DNA of 32,000 bases from Cereibacter sphaeroides 2.4.1 (lineage in GTDB: Bacteria > Pseudomonadota > Alphaproteobacteria > Rhodobacterales > Rhodobacteraceae): the NCBI RefSeq assembly GCF_000012905.2, contig NC_007493.2, positions 1,440,001-1,472,000 of the forward strand, written 5' to 3'. The translations under genes were made by a program, and so were the position numbers. The notes under the pieces were generated by a model, which saw nothing but the letters and a program-made list of their open reading frames with translations, did not search any database and had not been told where the DNA came from. This document shows, piece after piece, positions 19,593 through 28,292 of this stretch (positions are counted from its first letter, which is position 1; each line of letters begins with the position of its first letter).

Positions 19593-19736
19593 ATGTGCGC
19601 CTGCCGGGCCTTGGGGCGCCAAGGGAGCCGGTCCGCGCGGTCGTCGCCCTTGCGGGAGCAGAGGAAGGACCGCCCGACGCAGCGGCAAAGGCGCAGGCGC
19701 CGGGGGCTTTCCCTTTGCGGATCGCGGGCGGCAGCC

Positions 19737-20603
19737 TCAGCGCGTGAGGCGCTTGATGAGCGCGGAGGTGTCCCAGCGCCCGCCGCCCATCTGCTGGACC
19801 TCCTTGTAGAACTGGTCCACGAGCGCCGTTACCGGCAGGCTTGCCCCCACCTCGTCGGCGGTCCGGAGGCAGATGCCCAGATCCTTGCGCATCCAGTCCA
19901 CCGCAAATCCGTAGTCGAACTTGCCGTCGAGCATCGAGCCATGCCGGTTCGCCATCTGCCAGCTGCCCGCGGCGCCCTGGCTGATGACCTCGACCACGGC
20001 CTTGCCGTCCATGCCCGCCTTCTCGCCGAAGGCCAGCGCCTCGGCCAGCCCCTGCACCAGCCCCGCGATGCAGATCTGGTTCATCATCTTGGCGATCTGG
20101 CCCGAGCCGCTCTCGCCGAGCCTGCGGCAGACCCGGGCATAGGCCGCCATCACCGGCTCGGCCGCGGCATAATGCGCCTCCGAGCCGCCGCACATGATCG
20201 ACAGGACGCCGTTCTCGGCCCCCGCCTGCCCGCCCGAGACCGGCGCATCGACGAAGCCCAGACCGAGCCCGTCCGCCTCGGCCGCAAGCTCGCGCGTGAC
20301 CTGCGCCGAGACGGTGGTGTGGTCGACGAAGATCGCGCCCCGCTCCATGCCCGCGAAAGCGCCGCTCTCGCCGCGGCAGATCGAGCGCAGATCGTCGTCG
20401 TTGCCCACGCAGGCCATCACGAATGCGGCACCCTCGGCGGCCTCGGCCGGCGTGGCGGCCGCGCGTCCGCCATGCTGCGCGGCCCAGGCCTCGGCCTTGG
20501 CGGGGCTGCGATTGTAGACCGTCACCTCGTGCCCCTTGGCCGCGAGATGCCCCGCCATCGGGAAGCCCATGACCCCCAGTCCCAGAAATGCCAACTTGGC
20601 CAT
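19737..20603 (-). CDS. NAD(P)-dependent beta-hydroxyacid dehydrogenase (3-hydroxyisobutyrate dehydrogenase family)
   Basis: The product starts MAKLAFLGLGVMGFPMAGHLAAKGHEVTVYNRS (Rossmann GxGxxG). The family motifs DAPVSGG and the catalytic-Lys region GSGQIAKMMNQ are present. I set the start to ATG 20603, which has GGGAGGAAG upstream. Confidence 0.85.
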   Translation of the reverse strand: MAKLAFLGLGVMGFPMAGHLAAKGHEVTVYNRSPAKAEAWAAQHGGRAAATPAEAAEGAAFVMACVGNDDDLRSICRGESGAFAGMERGAIFVDHTTVSAQVTRELAAEADGLGLGFVDAPVSGGQAGAENGVLSIMCGGSEAHYAAAEPVMAAYARVCRRLGESGSGQIAKMMNQICIAGLVQGLAEALAFGEKAGMDGKAVVEVISQGAAGSWQMANRHGSMLDGKFDYGFAVDWMRKDLGICLRTADEVGASLPVTALVDQFYKEVQQMGGGRWDTSALIKRLTR

Positions 20604-20679
20604 GATCTTCCTCCCGATTGCCGTCATGTCACGGATCGACTAGGAACCATTCCGACCTCTCGCGTCAAGGACGGGCCCC

Positions 20680-23151
20680 ATGATCGTCGTCTTCCGCTGG
20701 CTCCTGCGCATCTTCACCGGCCTCGTGGTGCTCGCGCTCGTGGCCACGCTGATCGGCTACTATTTCCTGTCGCGCTCGCTGCCCGACTATAACGAGAGCT
20801 TCCGCATCGAGGGCCTCTCGGGCCCGGTCGAGATCGTGCGCAACGATGCCAACGTGCCCCATATCTTCGGCAAGACCGACGAGGATGTCTATTTCGCGCT
20901 GGGCTTCGCCCATGCGCAGGACCGGCTCTGGCAGATGGTCACGATGCGGCGCACGGCGCAGGGGCGGCTGTCGGAAGTGTTCGGCGAGCGGACGCTGAAG
21001 ATCGACGAGCTCATGCGCCGCTACGACCTCTACGGGCTCGCCCAGAGCTCTGTCGAGGCGCAGGATCCCGAGACGCGCGCGGCGCTCGAGGCCTATGCCC
21101 GCGGCGTCAACGCCTGGATCGCGGAGGTGAATGCCGACGCCCGCGGGCGGGGGGCGCCGGAGTTCTTCCTCTTCTCGAACGAGATCGCGGTCTGGCGCCC
21201 GGCCGACAGCATCGCGCTCATCAAGCTGATGGCGCTTCAGCTCTCGTCGCACCTGCAATCCGAGGTGCTGCGGGCCCGGGCCTCGCTGCTCTTGCCCGAC
21301 GCAAGGGTGGCGGACCTCCTGCCCGATGTGCCGGGGGCGGGCGTGATCGCCCTGCCGTCCTACGCGAGCCTCGTGCCGGGACCTTTCCCGGCGCTGCGCA
21401 AGGCCGAGCATGTCGAGGATCCGCTCTCGCCCTTCCACACGAAGAGCCTTTCCGGCGCCTCGAACGCCTGGGCCGCGGCCCCCTCGCGCTCGGCTGCGGG
21501 CGGATCGCTTCTGGCCAACGACCCGCATCTGGGCTTCACCGCCCCCTCGATCTGGTATCTGGCCCGGCTGCAGCTTTCCTTGGGAGGCGTGATCGGCGCG
21601 ACCCTGCCCGGCGTGCCCGCAGTGCTCCTCGGCCGGTCGAACCGGCTCGGCTGGGCCCTGACCTCGGCCTACCTCGACGATCAGGACATCCATATCGAGG
21701 AGGTGAACCCCGAGAACCACGAGGAATATCGCACGCCCGACGGCTGGAAGCGGTTCGAGACCCGCCGCTCGATCATCAAGGTGAAGGACGCGCGCCCGAT
21801 CACCATCACCCTGCGCTGGACCGACAACGGCCCCGTCCTGCCGGGCACCCACTACGATCTCGCCGCCATCACGCCCCCCGGCCATGTGGCCTCGCTGTCC
21901 TGGACGGCACTCTCCCCCGCGGACACGTCGATGAGCGCGGCCGTTCGGCTGATGAAGGCCGCGAGCATCGACGAGGCGATCGAGGCGGGGCGCCTCTTCG
22001 TGGCGCCGGCGCAGAACCTCATGCTCGCGGACACGCAGGGGGTGGCGCTGCAGACCGTGGGGGCGATGCCCCGCCGCGATCCCGCGCACCAGTCGAAGGG
22101 GCGGATGCCCTCGCCCGGCTGGATCGCCGGGAACCGCTGGCAGGGCACCTTCCCCTATGAGGAGAACCCGCGTGTTGTGACCCCCGAGACGGGCATCCTC
22201 GGCAATACCAACAACAAGACGGTGGATCGCCCCTTCCCGCTCCATGTCTCTTTCGACTGGGGCGACACGCAGCGCATCCAGCGCTGGCTCGCGCTGATGA
22301 AGAGCCGCGAGGTCCATACCCGCGAGAGCTTCATCGAAGCGCAGCTCGACACGGTCTCGCCCACGGCGCGGAACCTCCTGCCGCTCGTGGCGGCGGATCT
22401 GTGGTTCACCGGCGAGGCCGCGCCCGAGGGCACGCCCGAACGGCTGCGGCAGCGGGCGCTGGCGCTGCTTGCGGAATGGAACGGCGAGATGAACGAGCAT
22501 CTGCCCGAACCGCTGATCTACATGGCCTGGATGCGGGCGCTGCAGGACCGGCTGATCCGCGACGAGCTGGGCCCGCTCGCCGACGAGTTCGACCATCTGC
22601 AGCCCGATTTCGTCGAGCGCGTCTACCGCAACACGGGCGGCGCCTCGGTCTGGTGCGACATCATCCAGTCCGCCGCCACCGAGAGCTGCACCGACATCGC
22701 GCGCATGGCGCTCGACGATGCGCTGGTGCGGCTGACCGAGGACTGGGGCCCGAATGTCGAAAGCTGGCGCTGGGGCGATGCGCATCAGGCCACCCACGAC
22801 CACCCGACGCTGGGTCAGGTGCCGGTGCTGCGCTATTTTGTGAACATCCGCCAATCCACCTCGGGCGGCGACCAGACGCTGATGCGGGGCGTGACGCGCG
22901 GCACGGGGCCCAACCCCGACGAGAATGTGGCGGGCGCGGGCTATCGCGGCGTCTATGATTTCGCCGACCCGGATTCGTCGGTCTTCATCACCTCGACCGG
23001 CCAGTCGGGTCACCCGCTCTCGCGCTTCTACGACAATCTGGGCGAGCTCTGGCGGCGGGGAGAATATATTCCGATGTCGCTCGACCCCGGCCTCGCCCGG
23101 GCAGCCGCCGTGGGCATCACCCATCTCGAGCCCGCCGCCGCGGCCGACTGA
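20680..23151 (+). CDS. Penicillin acylase-family Ntn hydrolase (possible N-acyl-homoserine-lactone acylase)
   Basis: 823 aa. It has an N-terminal hydrophobic anchor/signal (MIVVFRWLLRIFTGLVVLALVATLIGYYF) and an alpha-subunit motif GFAHAQDRLWQM. The predicted autoprocessing site is GA|SNAWA, with nucleophile Ser261 (codon 21460-21462) followed by LLANDPHL. Confidence 0.9.
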   Translation: MIVVFRWLLRIFTGLVVLALVATLIGYYFLSRSLPDYNESFRIEGLSGPVEIVRNDANVPHIFGKTDEDVYFALGFAHAQDRLWQMVTMRRTAQGRLSEVFGERTLKIDELMRRYDLYGLAQSSVEAQDPETRAALEAYARGVNAWIAEVNADARGRGAPEFFLFSNEIAVWRPADSIALIKLMALQLSSHLQSEVLRARASLLLPDARVADLLPDVPGAGVIALPSYASLVPGPFPALRKAEHVEDPLSPFHTKSLSGASNAWAAAPSRSAAGGSLLANDPHLGFTAPSIWYLARLQLSLGGVIGATLPGVPAVLLGRSNRLGWALTSAYLDDQDIHIEEVNPENHEEYRTPDGWKRFETRRSIIKVKDARPITITLRWTDNGPVLPGTHYDLAAITPPGHVASLSWTALSPADTSMSAAVRLMKAASIDEAIEAGRLFVAPAQNLMLADTQGVALQTVGAMPRRDPAHQSKGRMPSPGWIAGNRWQGTFPYEENPRVVTPETGILGNTNNKTVDRPFPLHVSFDWGDTQRIQRWLALMKSREVHTRESFIEAQLDTVSPTARNLLPLVAADLWFTGEAAPEGTPERLRQRALALLAEWNGEMNEHLPEPLIYMAWMRALQDRLIRDELGPLADEFDHLQPDFVERVYRNTGGASVWCDIIQSAATESCTDIARMALDDALVRLTEDWGPNVESWRWGDAHQATHDHPTLGQVPVLRYFVNIRQSTSGGDQTLMRGVTRGTGPNPDENVAGAGYRGVYDFADPDSSVFITSTGQSGHPLSRFYDNLGELWRRGEYIPMSLDPGLARAAAVGITHLEPAAAAD

Positions 23152-23277
23152 CGGCCGCGCCCCCCGAAGACGGCTGCGGCCGACAGCCATCGCCGCCTGC
23201 CTGCCTCGCGACCGCGCACAGACGAAGGACAAGCCGTCCGCCGAATGGCTCCCCCGTGCGCCGTTCGCGGTCCGAAG

Positions 23278-23367
23278 ATAGAAGAAGAAGAGACCCGTGG
23301 CGGTGATGATGATCGGCACGATCATGGGCGAGATCAGGATCGCCATGATCGCGCGCCGGCAGGGCAT
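23278..23367 (-). pseudogene. Possible relic of an ABC-transporter permease (about 30 codons)
   Basis: The minus-strand frame reads MPCRRAIMAILISPMIVPIIITATGLFFFY with coding-like codon usage. This resembles the conserved TM segment of PotB/PotC-type binding-protein-dependent permeases. No recognisable permease sequence continues on either side in any frame. Confidence 0.25.
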
Positions 23368-23612
23368 CTCCGGGCGCGGGCTCCCCACACCGCCGACCCG
23401 TTCCTGCCCACGCGCAGAACAGCTCCTTCACTCTGCCCAAATATCCTCGGGGGGAGACCGGCCGCAGGGCCGGGCCCCGGGGGGCAGACAGCCCCCCGCC
23501 TTCGCGGCAGAAGCTCAAGCACAGGACCGTCCGTCCCGGCGGCGCCACCGCAGAGGGCAAGGAGCCTCGCCGAAGAGCTCCGGCCGGCAGGGTTGCTGCC
23601 GCTCCCGGCCCC

Positions 23613-24956
23613 TCACAGGTCGCGGAAGCGCTTCTCCTGCCGGGCGGTCCAGCGGACGTCGATCCGGTGGCCCTCCTCCGTCTCCGCCTCGCCCGTCACC
23701 ACCCCTTCGGCATGAAGCCAGGCGCGGCGGCGGCCATCGGCGAAGCCCAAGGTCAGCTGGCGCTCGGTCTTCTCCTCGTCGAACGTGGCCGAGACCGCCT
23801 CAAGGAGGTCCGGCAGCCCCTCGCCGGTCAATGCCGAAAGCGCGAAGATCGTCTCGGACTTCGCGGCCTGCGCCAGAAGCTGCTCGTGCGCCGCCCCCTC
23901 CACGAGGTCGAGCTTGTTCCAGACTTCGACTTGCGGCGTCGCCCCCTTTACGCCCAGGCTCTGCAGGATCTCGGCCACGTCGGCCGCCTGCTCGGCGGTC
24001 TCGGGATGGGCGATGTCGCGCACATGGAGGATCAGGTCGGCCTCGAGCACCTCCTCGAGCGTGGCGCGGAAGGCCGCGACCAGCTGGGTCGGCAGGTCCG
24101 AGATGAAGCCCACCGTGTCGCTCAGGATCACCTTGCGCCCCGAGGGCAGCGTGACGCCGCGCATCGTGGGATCGAGCGTGGCGAAGAGCATGTCCTTGGC
24201 CAGCACGTCCGCCCCGGTCATGCGGTTGAAGAGCGTCGATTTCCCCGCGTTGGTGTACCCCACCAGCGCCACGATCGGAAACGGCACCTTGCGCCGCGAG
24301 GCCCGGTGCAACTCGCGCGTCTTCACCACCTTGTCGAGCTGGCGGCGGATCCGGATCACCTGCTCGTCGATGGCGCGGCGGTCGGCCTCGATCTGCGTCT
24401 CGCCGGGGCCGCCCACGAAGCCGAGGCCGCCCCTCTGGCGTTCGAGGTGGGTCCAGGCCCGCACGAGCCGGGTGCGTTGATAGGAGAGCGCGGCGAGTTC
24501 CACCTGAAGCACGCCCTCGCGGGTGCGGGCGCGGTCGGCGAAGATCTCGAGGATGAGCCCGGTCCGGTCGAGAAGCTTCACCCCCCATTCCTTCTCGAGA
24601 TTGCGCTGCTGCACCGGCGAGACCGGCCCGTCGACCAGCACGAGGCCCACATCGAGCCCCTTGAAGCGCGCCTTCAACTCTTCGACCTTGCCGGTTCCGA
24701 ACAGAAGGCCCGGCTGGGCGCGCGGCAGGCGCACCACCTCCTGTCCCACGATCTCCATGTCGGGCAGCGCTGCCGCCAGCGACACGGCCTCGGCCAGACG
24801 CAGGTCGGGCAGCCGGCGCGAGCGCTCGGTGCGGATGTCGGGATGGAGCACGAAGGCGCGCATCGGCTGCGACTTCGTCGCACCGTCGGAGGCCGCCTGG
24901 CTCTCCCTGTCACCCTCGTTCCGGGGCTCCTCCTCCCCTTCCTCGGGATCGGTCAA
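23613..24956 (-). CDS. hflX: GTPase HflX
   Basis: The HflX N-domain is present (DRTGLILEIFADRARTREGVLQVELAALSYQ), with G motifs GYTNAGKST, DTVGF and NKLD. The track start at 24956 is a TTG, 1 nt after the hfq stop. The ATG at 24863 (MRAFVLHPD) is the alternative start. Confidence 0.9.
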   Translation of the reverse strand: MTDPEEGEEEPRNEGDRESQAASDGATKSQPMRAFVLHPDIRTERSRRLPDLRLAEAVSLAAALPDMEIVGQEVVRLPRAQPGLLFGTGKVEELKARFKGLDVGLVLVDGPVSPVQQRNLEKEWGVKLLDRTGLILEIFADRARTREGVLQVELAALSYQRTRLVRAWTHLERQRGGLGFVGGPGETQIEADRRAIDEQVIRIRRQLDKVVKTRELHRASRRKVPFPIVALVGYTNAGKSTLFNRMTGADVLAKDMLFATLDPTMRGVTLPSGRKVILSDTVGFISDLPTQLVAAFRATLEEVLEADLILHVRDIAHPETAEQAADVAEILQSLGVKGATPQVEVWNKLDLVEGAAHEQLLAQAAKSETIFALSALTGEGLPDLLEAVSATFDEEKTERQLTLGFADGRRRAWLHAEGVVTGEAETEEGHRIDVRWTARQEKRFRDL

Positions 24957-24957
24957 A

Positions 24958-25191
24958 TCAGTCGTCGCCCTCGTAGAGATTGATCGGTTGCCCGGGCATG
25001 ATGGTCGAGATCGCGTGCTTGTAGACCAGCTGCGACTGTCCGTCCCGACGCAGCAGGACGCAGAAATTGTCGAACCAGGTAATCACGCCCTGCAGTTTTA
25101 CACCGTTAATGAGAAAAATCGTAACCGGAACCTTGGCCTTCCTGACATGGTTCAGAAAGGCGTCCTGCAAGTTTTGTTTATCGGCAGCCAT
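24958..25191 (-). CDS. hfq: RNA chaperone Hfq
   Basis: 77 aa: [66 protein letters not shown]. The Sm1 and Sm2 (YKHAIST) motifs are present. Confidence 0.97.
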
Positions 25192-25348
25192 CCGTTATCT
25201 TGCCTTTATGGTTGAGACGCTTCCGTCTTTCCTCGTTCCCCCCGGCTGCAATCCGACGGTCGGAATCGAGTATGGGCAGGAGTTGCGGGAGATTCCAGCC
25301 CCAATAACAGATCGTTAGTCTTGTGCGGCAGGCCTGCCGCTTTTCCGC

Positions 25349-26860
25349 TCAGCGCCGCCAGCTCGCCGGGGCCAGAAGGGCGAGGATCGCGAGTGTTTCC
25401 ATACGCCCAACGATCATGGCCGCGCCCGCGATGACCTTGGCCGCGGGACCGAGCTCGGACCATCGGATCGGCGTCTCGACCGCCAGATCGGCCAGAGGCC
25501 CGGTGGTGGTCAGGGCCGCGATCCCGAGCACCATCGCGCGCTCGAAGCCGAGCCCCGCGAGGCTCAGCGCCGCCGTCACCACGGCAATCGAGAAGGCGAA
25601 GAGCATGAAGAAGATCCAGGCCATGTAGGCCCCTTCGCGGCGCAACCGGCGCGCGACGACGCCCTGTCCGCCGATCGAGCTCGGATGCACGATTCGCTCG
25701 AGCTCGCGCTCGGCGTGGCGGTAGAGCGCATAGACCCGCAGGAGCTTGACGCCCCCGGCCGTGGTGGCCACCCCGCCGCCCACGATGGCGAGGCCGAGGA
25801 GGATTAGGCCCGGCGTGCCGAGACCCGACCACGAGCGCGAGGCGACCCAGTCGCGGGATTCGTAGCCCGTGGTGGTCAGGAACGAGAGCGTGGTGAAGAG
25901 CCCGCCCCACATGGCGCGGGCGGCGGCGGCGATGTTCTGGGTCTCCTCGGTCTCGATGGCGCCGATCCAGTGGCGCAGGAACAGCACCACCGGCACGCCG
26001 ATCAGGAAGAAGAAGGCCATCATCACCTCGGGATCGCGCTGGATGGGCGTGTCGCGGTAGACCATCGAGGTGCCGGGCATCAGCCGTCGCGTCACGGCGA
26101 GGAAGAGGAAGAGGAAGATCAGGAACTCGCCCCGGAACCCGGCCTCTCCCGCCGTCATCGTCTCGAGCGGAGAGATCCCGCTGGTCGAGAGCGTCCCCAT
26201 CGCGTGACAGAGGCCCACGAGGCCGGTTTCTCCGGCCAGAAGCAGGAGCCCCCAGAGCGCGAGCGTGAGCCCGCCATAGGCCGGAAAGAGCGCGAGCGAC
26301 TGGCGCACCAGCCGTTCGGTCGGATCGGCGATGCGGGTGATCTGGCTCGCCTGCTCGCGGCCCGGAACATGGCCCGAGATGACCTCCATCCCGCCGAGGC
26401 TCAGCGGCGCGAGCACCGCCATCGCGGCCGTCAGCACGAAGAAGCCGCCGAGCCAGCCCACCAGAGCGCGCCACAGATGCACCGAGGGCGGCAGCCGCCC
26501 CGGCGTGTCGTAGAGCGTGGCGCCGGTCGTGGTGAAGGAGGACAGCATCTCGAACCAGGCGTTCGTGAAGCTCGTGTCCGGGACTGCCATCTGGAACGGC
26601 AGCGCCAGCATCGGCGGCAGGATGAGGTAGGCGCCCACCAAAGTCGACAGGTGCGCCCGCGCCGCCCGGGGCGGAGGCCGGTTCTGCGTCGCGATGGCGA
26701 TCATCGCGATCAGGATCAGCAGGAACGTGCCCGCATAGAAGAAGGCGCGGGCCACCTCGTGCTGGCGCAGGGCTACGGCATGGGCTGCAGGCACATACAT
26801 GGCCGCGGCGCCGCCCGCCATCAGCACGACGATTAGGGGGACCGAGCGCACGCGCCTCAT
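25349..26860 (-). CDS. trkH: Potassium uptake protein TrkH
   Basis: A 503-aa polytopic membrane protein with TrkH-type pore-loop motifs (SSFTTTGAT, LSTSGIS, LTTTGYE). Its ATG lies 1 nt after the trkA stop. Confidence 0.9.
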   Translation of the reverse strand: MRRVRSVPLIVVLMAGGAAAMYVPAAHAVALRQHEVARAFFYAGTFLLILIAMIAIATQNRPPPRAARAHLSTLVGAYLILPPMLALPFQMAVPDTSFTNAWFEMLSSFTTTGATLYDTPGRLPPSVHLWRALVGWLGGFFVLTAAMAVLAPLSLGGMEVISGHVPGREQASQITRIADPTERLVRQSLALFPAYGGLTLALWGLLLLAGETGLVGLCHAMGTLSTSGISPLETMTAGEAGFRGEFLIFLFLFLAVTRRLMPGTSMVYRDTPIQRDPEVMMAFFFLIGVPVVLFLRHWIGAIETEETQNIAAAARAMWGGLFTTLSFLTTTGYESRDWVASRSWSGLGTPGLILLGLAIVGGGVATTAGGVKLLRVYALYRHAERELERIVHPSSIGGQGVVARRLRREGAYMAWIFFMLFAFSIAVVTAALSLAGLGFERAMVLGIAALTTTGPLADLAVETPIRWSELGPAAKVIAGAAMIVGRMETLAILALLAPASWRR

Positions 26861-26861
26861 G

Positions 26862-28238
26862 TCAGAAGAAGTCGATCGAGACCTGCAGGAGGCGCTCGAC
26901 CTCCGGCACGTCCGCCGTCATGCAGAAGAGCGCGATCACATCGCCGTCGTCCACGCGCAGGTCTCCGGTGGGCTTCAGCACCCGGTCGCCCTTCATCACA
27001 GCGCCGACGAGCACGCCCTCGGGGAAGTCGATGTCGCGGATGTGACGCCCGGCCAGCGGCGAGGTCGAAAGCACCTGCGCCTCGATCACCTCCGCCTCGG
27101 CGTCGCCGATGGAATAGATCGCCCGCACCCGGCCATGGCGGACATGGCGCAGGATCGAGGAGACGGTGGTGGCGCGCGGGTTGATGTAGGCGTCGATGTC
27201 GAGCGCCTGCATGATCGGCAGCAGCGTCGGGTCGTTTACCAGAACGATGGCCATCGGGCAGCCGGCCTGCTTGGCGCGGATCGCGGCGAGGATGTTCGTC
27301 TTGTCGTCGTCGGTCACGGCCAGCACCGCGTCGGCCCGGTCGATGTTGGCCTCGGCCAGAAGGTCCATGTCGAGCCCGTCGCCGTTCAGCACGATGGTCC
27401 GCTCGAGCCCGTCGGCCGCCACTTCGGCCTTGGCCCGGTTGCGCTCGATCACCTTGACCCGCACCCGGTCGGCCCGCGCCTCGAGCGCCTTGGCCACCGC
27501 AAGCCCCACGTTGCCGCCGCCGATGACGATGATCCGCTCCTGCTTGCGCGAGGATTTCCCGAAGATGTCCAGCGTGCGCACCACATCGTCGGAATGGACG
27601 AAGACATAGACCTCGTCGGCGGCGAAGAGCTGGTCGCCCGGCTCGGGCACGAAGAGCCGCCCCTCGCGCCGCACGCCCACCACGATGGCGCGGAGGCTGG
27701 TGAAAAGCTCGTTGAGCTGCCGGAGCGGCGTGTTCAGCACCGGGCAGTCCTCGTCGAGCGCGATGCCCAGAAGCTGCGCCTTGCCCTCCATGAAGCTCTC
27801 GGTGTCGAAGGTCGAGGGCGCGGCGAGGCGCTGGAGCGCGGCCTCGGCCACTTCCTTCTCGGGCGAGATCACCACGTCGATGGGCAGGTGGTCACGCCGG
27901 TAGAGGTCGGAATAGATCGCGTCGAGGTAGCTCTGCGCCCGCAGCCGCGCGATCTTGCGCGTGATGCCGAAGATCGAATGGGCCACCTGACAGGTGACCA
28001 TGTTGACCTCGTCGGAATGGGTGGCGGCGATGATCATGTCGGCATCGCGCGCGCCGGCCTTCTCGAGCACGTCGGGATAGGAGGCGAAGCCCACCACGCC
28101 CTGCACGTCGAGCGTGTCGGTCGCACGGCGCACGAGGTCGGCGTTCATGTCGACCACGGTCACGTCGTTCCGCTCTCCCGAAAGGTGACGCGCGATCTGC
28201 CAGCCGACCTGGCCTCCGCCGCAGATGATCACCTTCAT
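26862..28238 (-). CDS. trkA: Trk system potassium uptake protein TrkA (tandem RCK/NAD-binding domains)
   Basis: The product starts MKVIICGGGQVGWQIARHL and has a second Rossmann motif IIVIGGGNVGLAVAKAL, giving two TrkA-N/TrkA-C repeats. 458 aa. Confidence 0.93.
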   Translation of the reverse strand: MKVIICGGGQVGWQIARHLSGERNDVTVVDMNADLVRRATDTLDVQGVVGFASYPDVLEKAGARDADMIIAATHSDEVNMVTCQVAHSIFGITRKIARLRAQSYLDAIYSDLYRRDHLPIDVVISPEKEVAEAALQRLAAPSTFDTESFMEGKAQLLGIALDEDCPVLNTPLRQLNELFTSLRAIVVGVRREGRLFVPEPGDQLFAADEVYVFVHSDDVVRTLDIFGKSSRKQERIIVIGGGNVGLAVAKALEARADRVRVKVIERNRAKAEVAADGLERTIVLNGDGLDMDLLAEANIDRADAVLAVTDDDKTNILAAIRAKQAGCPMAIVLVNDPTLLPIMQALDIDAYINPRATTVSSILRHVRHGRVRAIYSIGDAEAEVIEAQVLSTSPLAGRHIRDIDFPEGVLVGAVMKGDRVLKPTGDLRVDDGDVIALFCMTADVPEVERLLQVSIDFF

Positions 28239-28292
28239 GTCACGGACTCCGGCTTGTCAGGGCCTTCTGCTTCGCAGAACGGTCCGCCCGGG

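Noticed and set aside
25270-25300. A TGG...GC element (CTGGAATCTCCCGCAA, minus strand) upstream of hfq that resembles a sigma54 -24/-12 promoter.
   Set aside because: The GG-to-GC spacing is 8 nt, not the required 10 nt, and the flanking consensus (TGGCAC-N5-TTGC) is poor.
25326-25341. A 16-nt perfect palindrome GCGGCAGGCCTGCCGC followed by TTTT on the plus strand. It looks like a plus-strand terminator with no plus-strand gene upstream, so it could mark an antisense RNA opposite the hfq leader.
   Set aside because: Only a 6-bp stem with a 4-nt loop can form. It sits 8 nt after the trkH stop, so the simpler reading is a weak terminator or processing hairpin for minus-strand trkH. I found no plus-strand promoter upstream.
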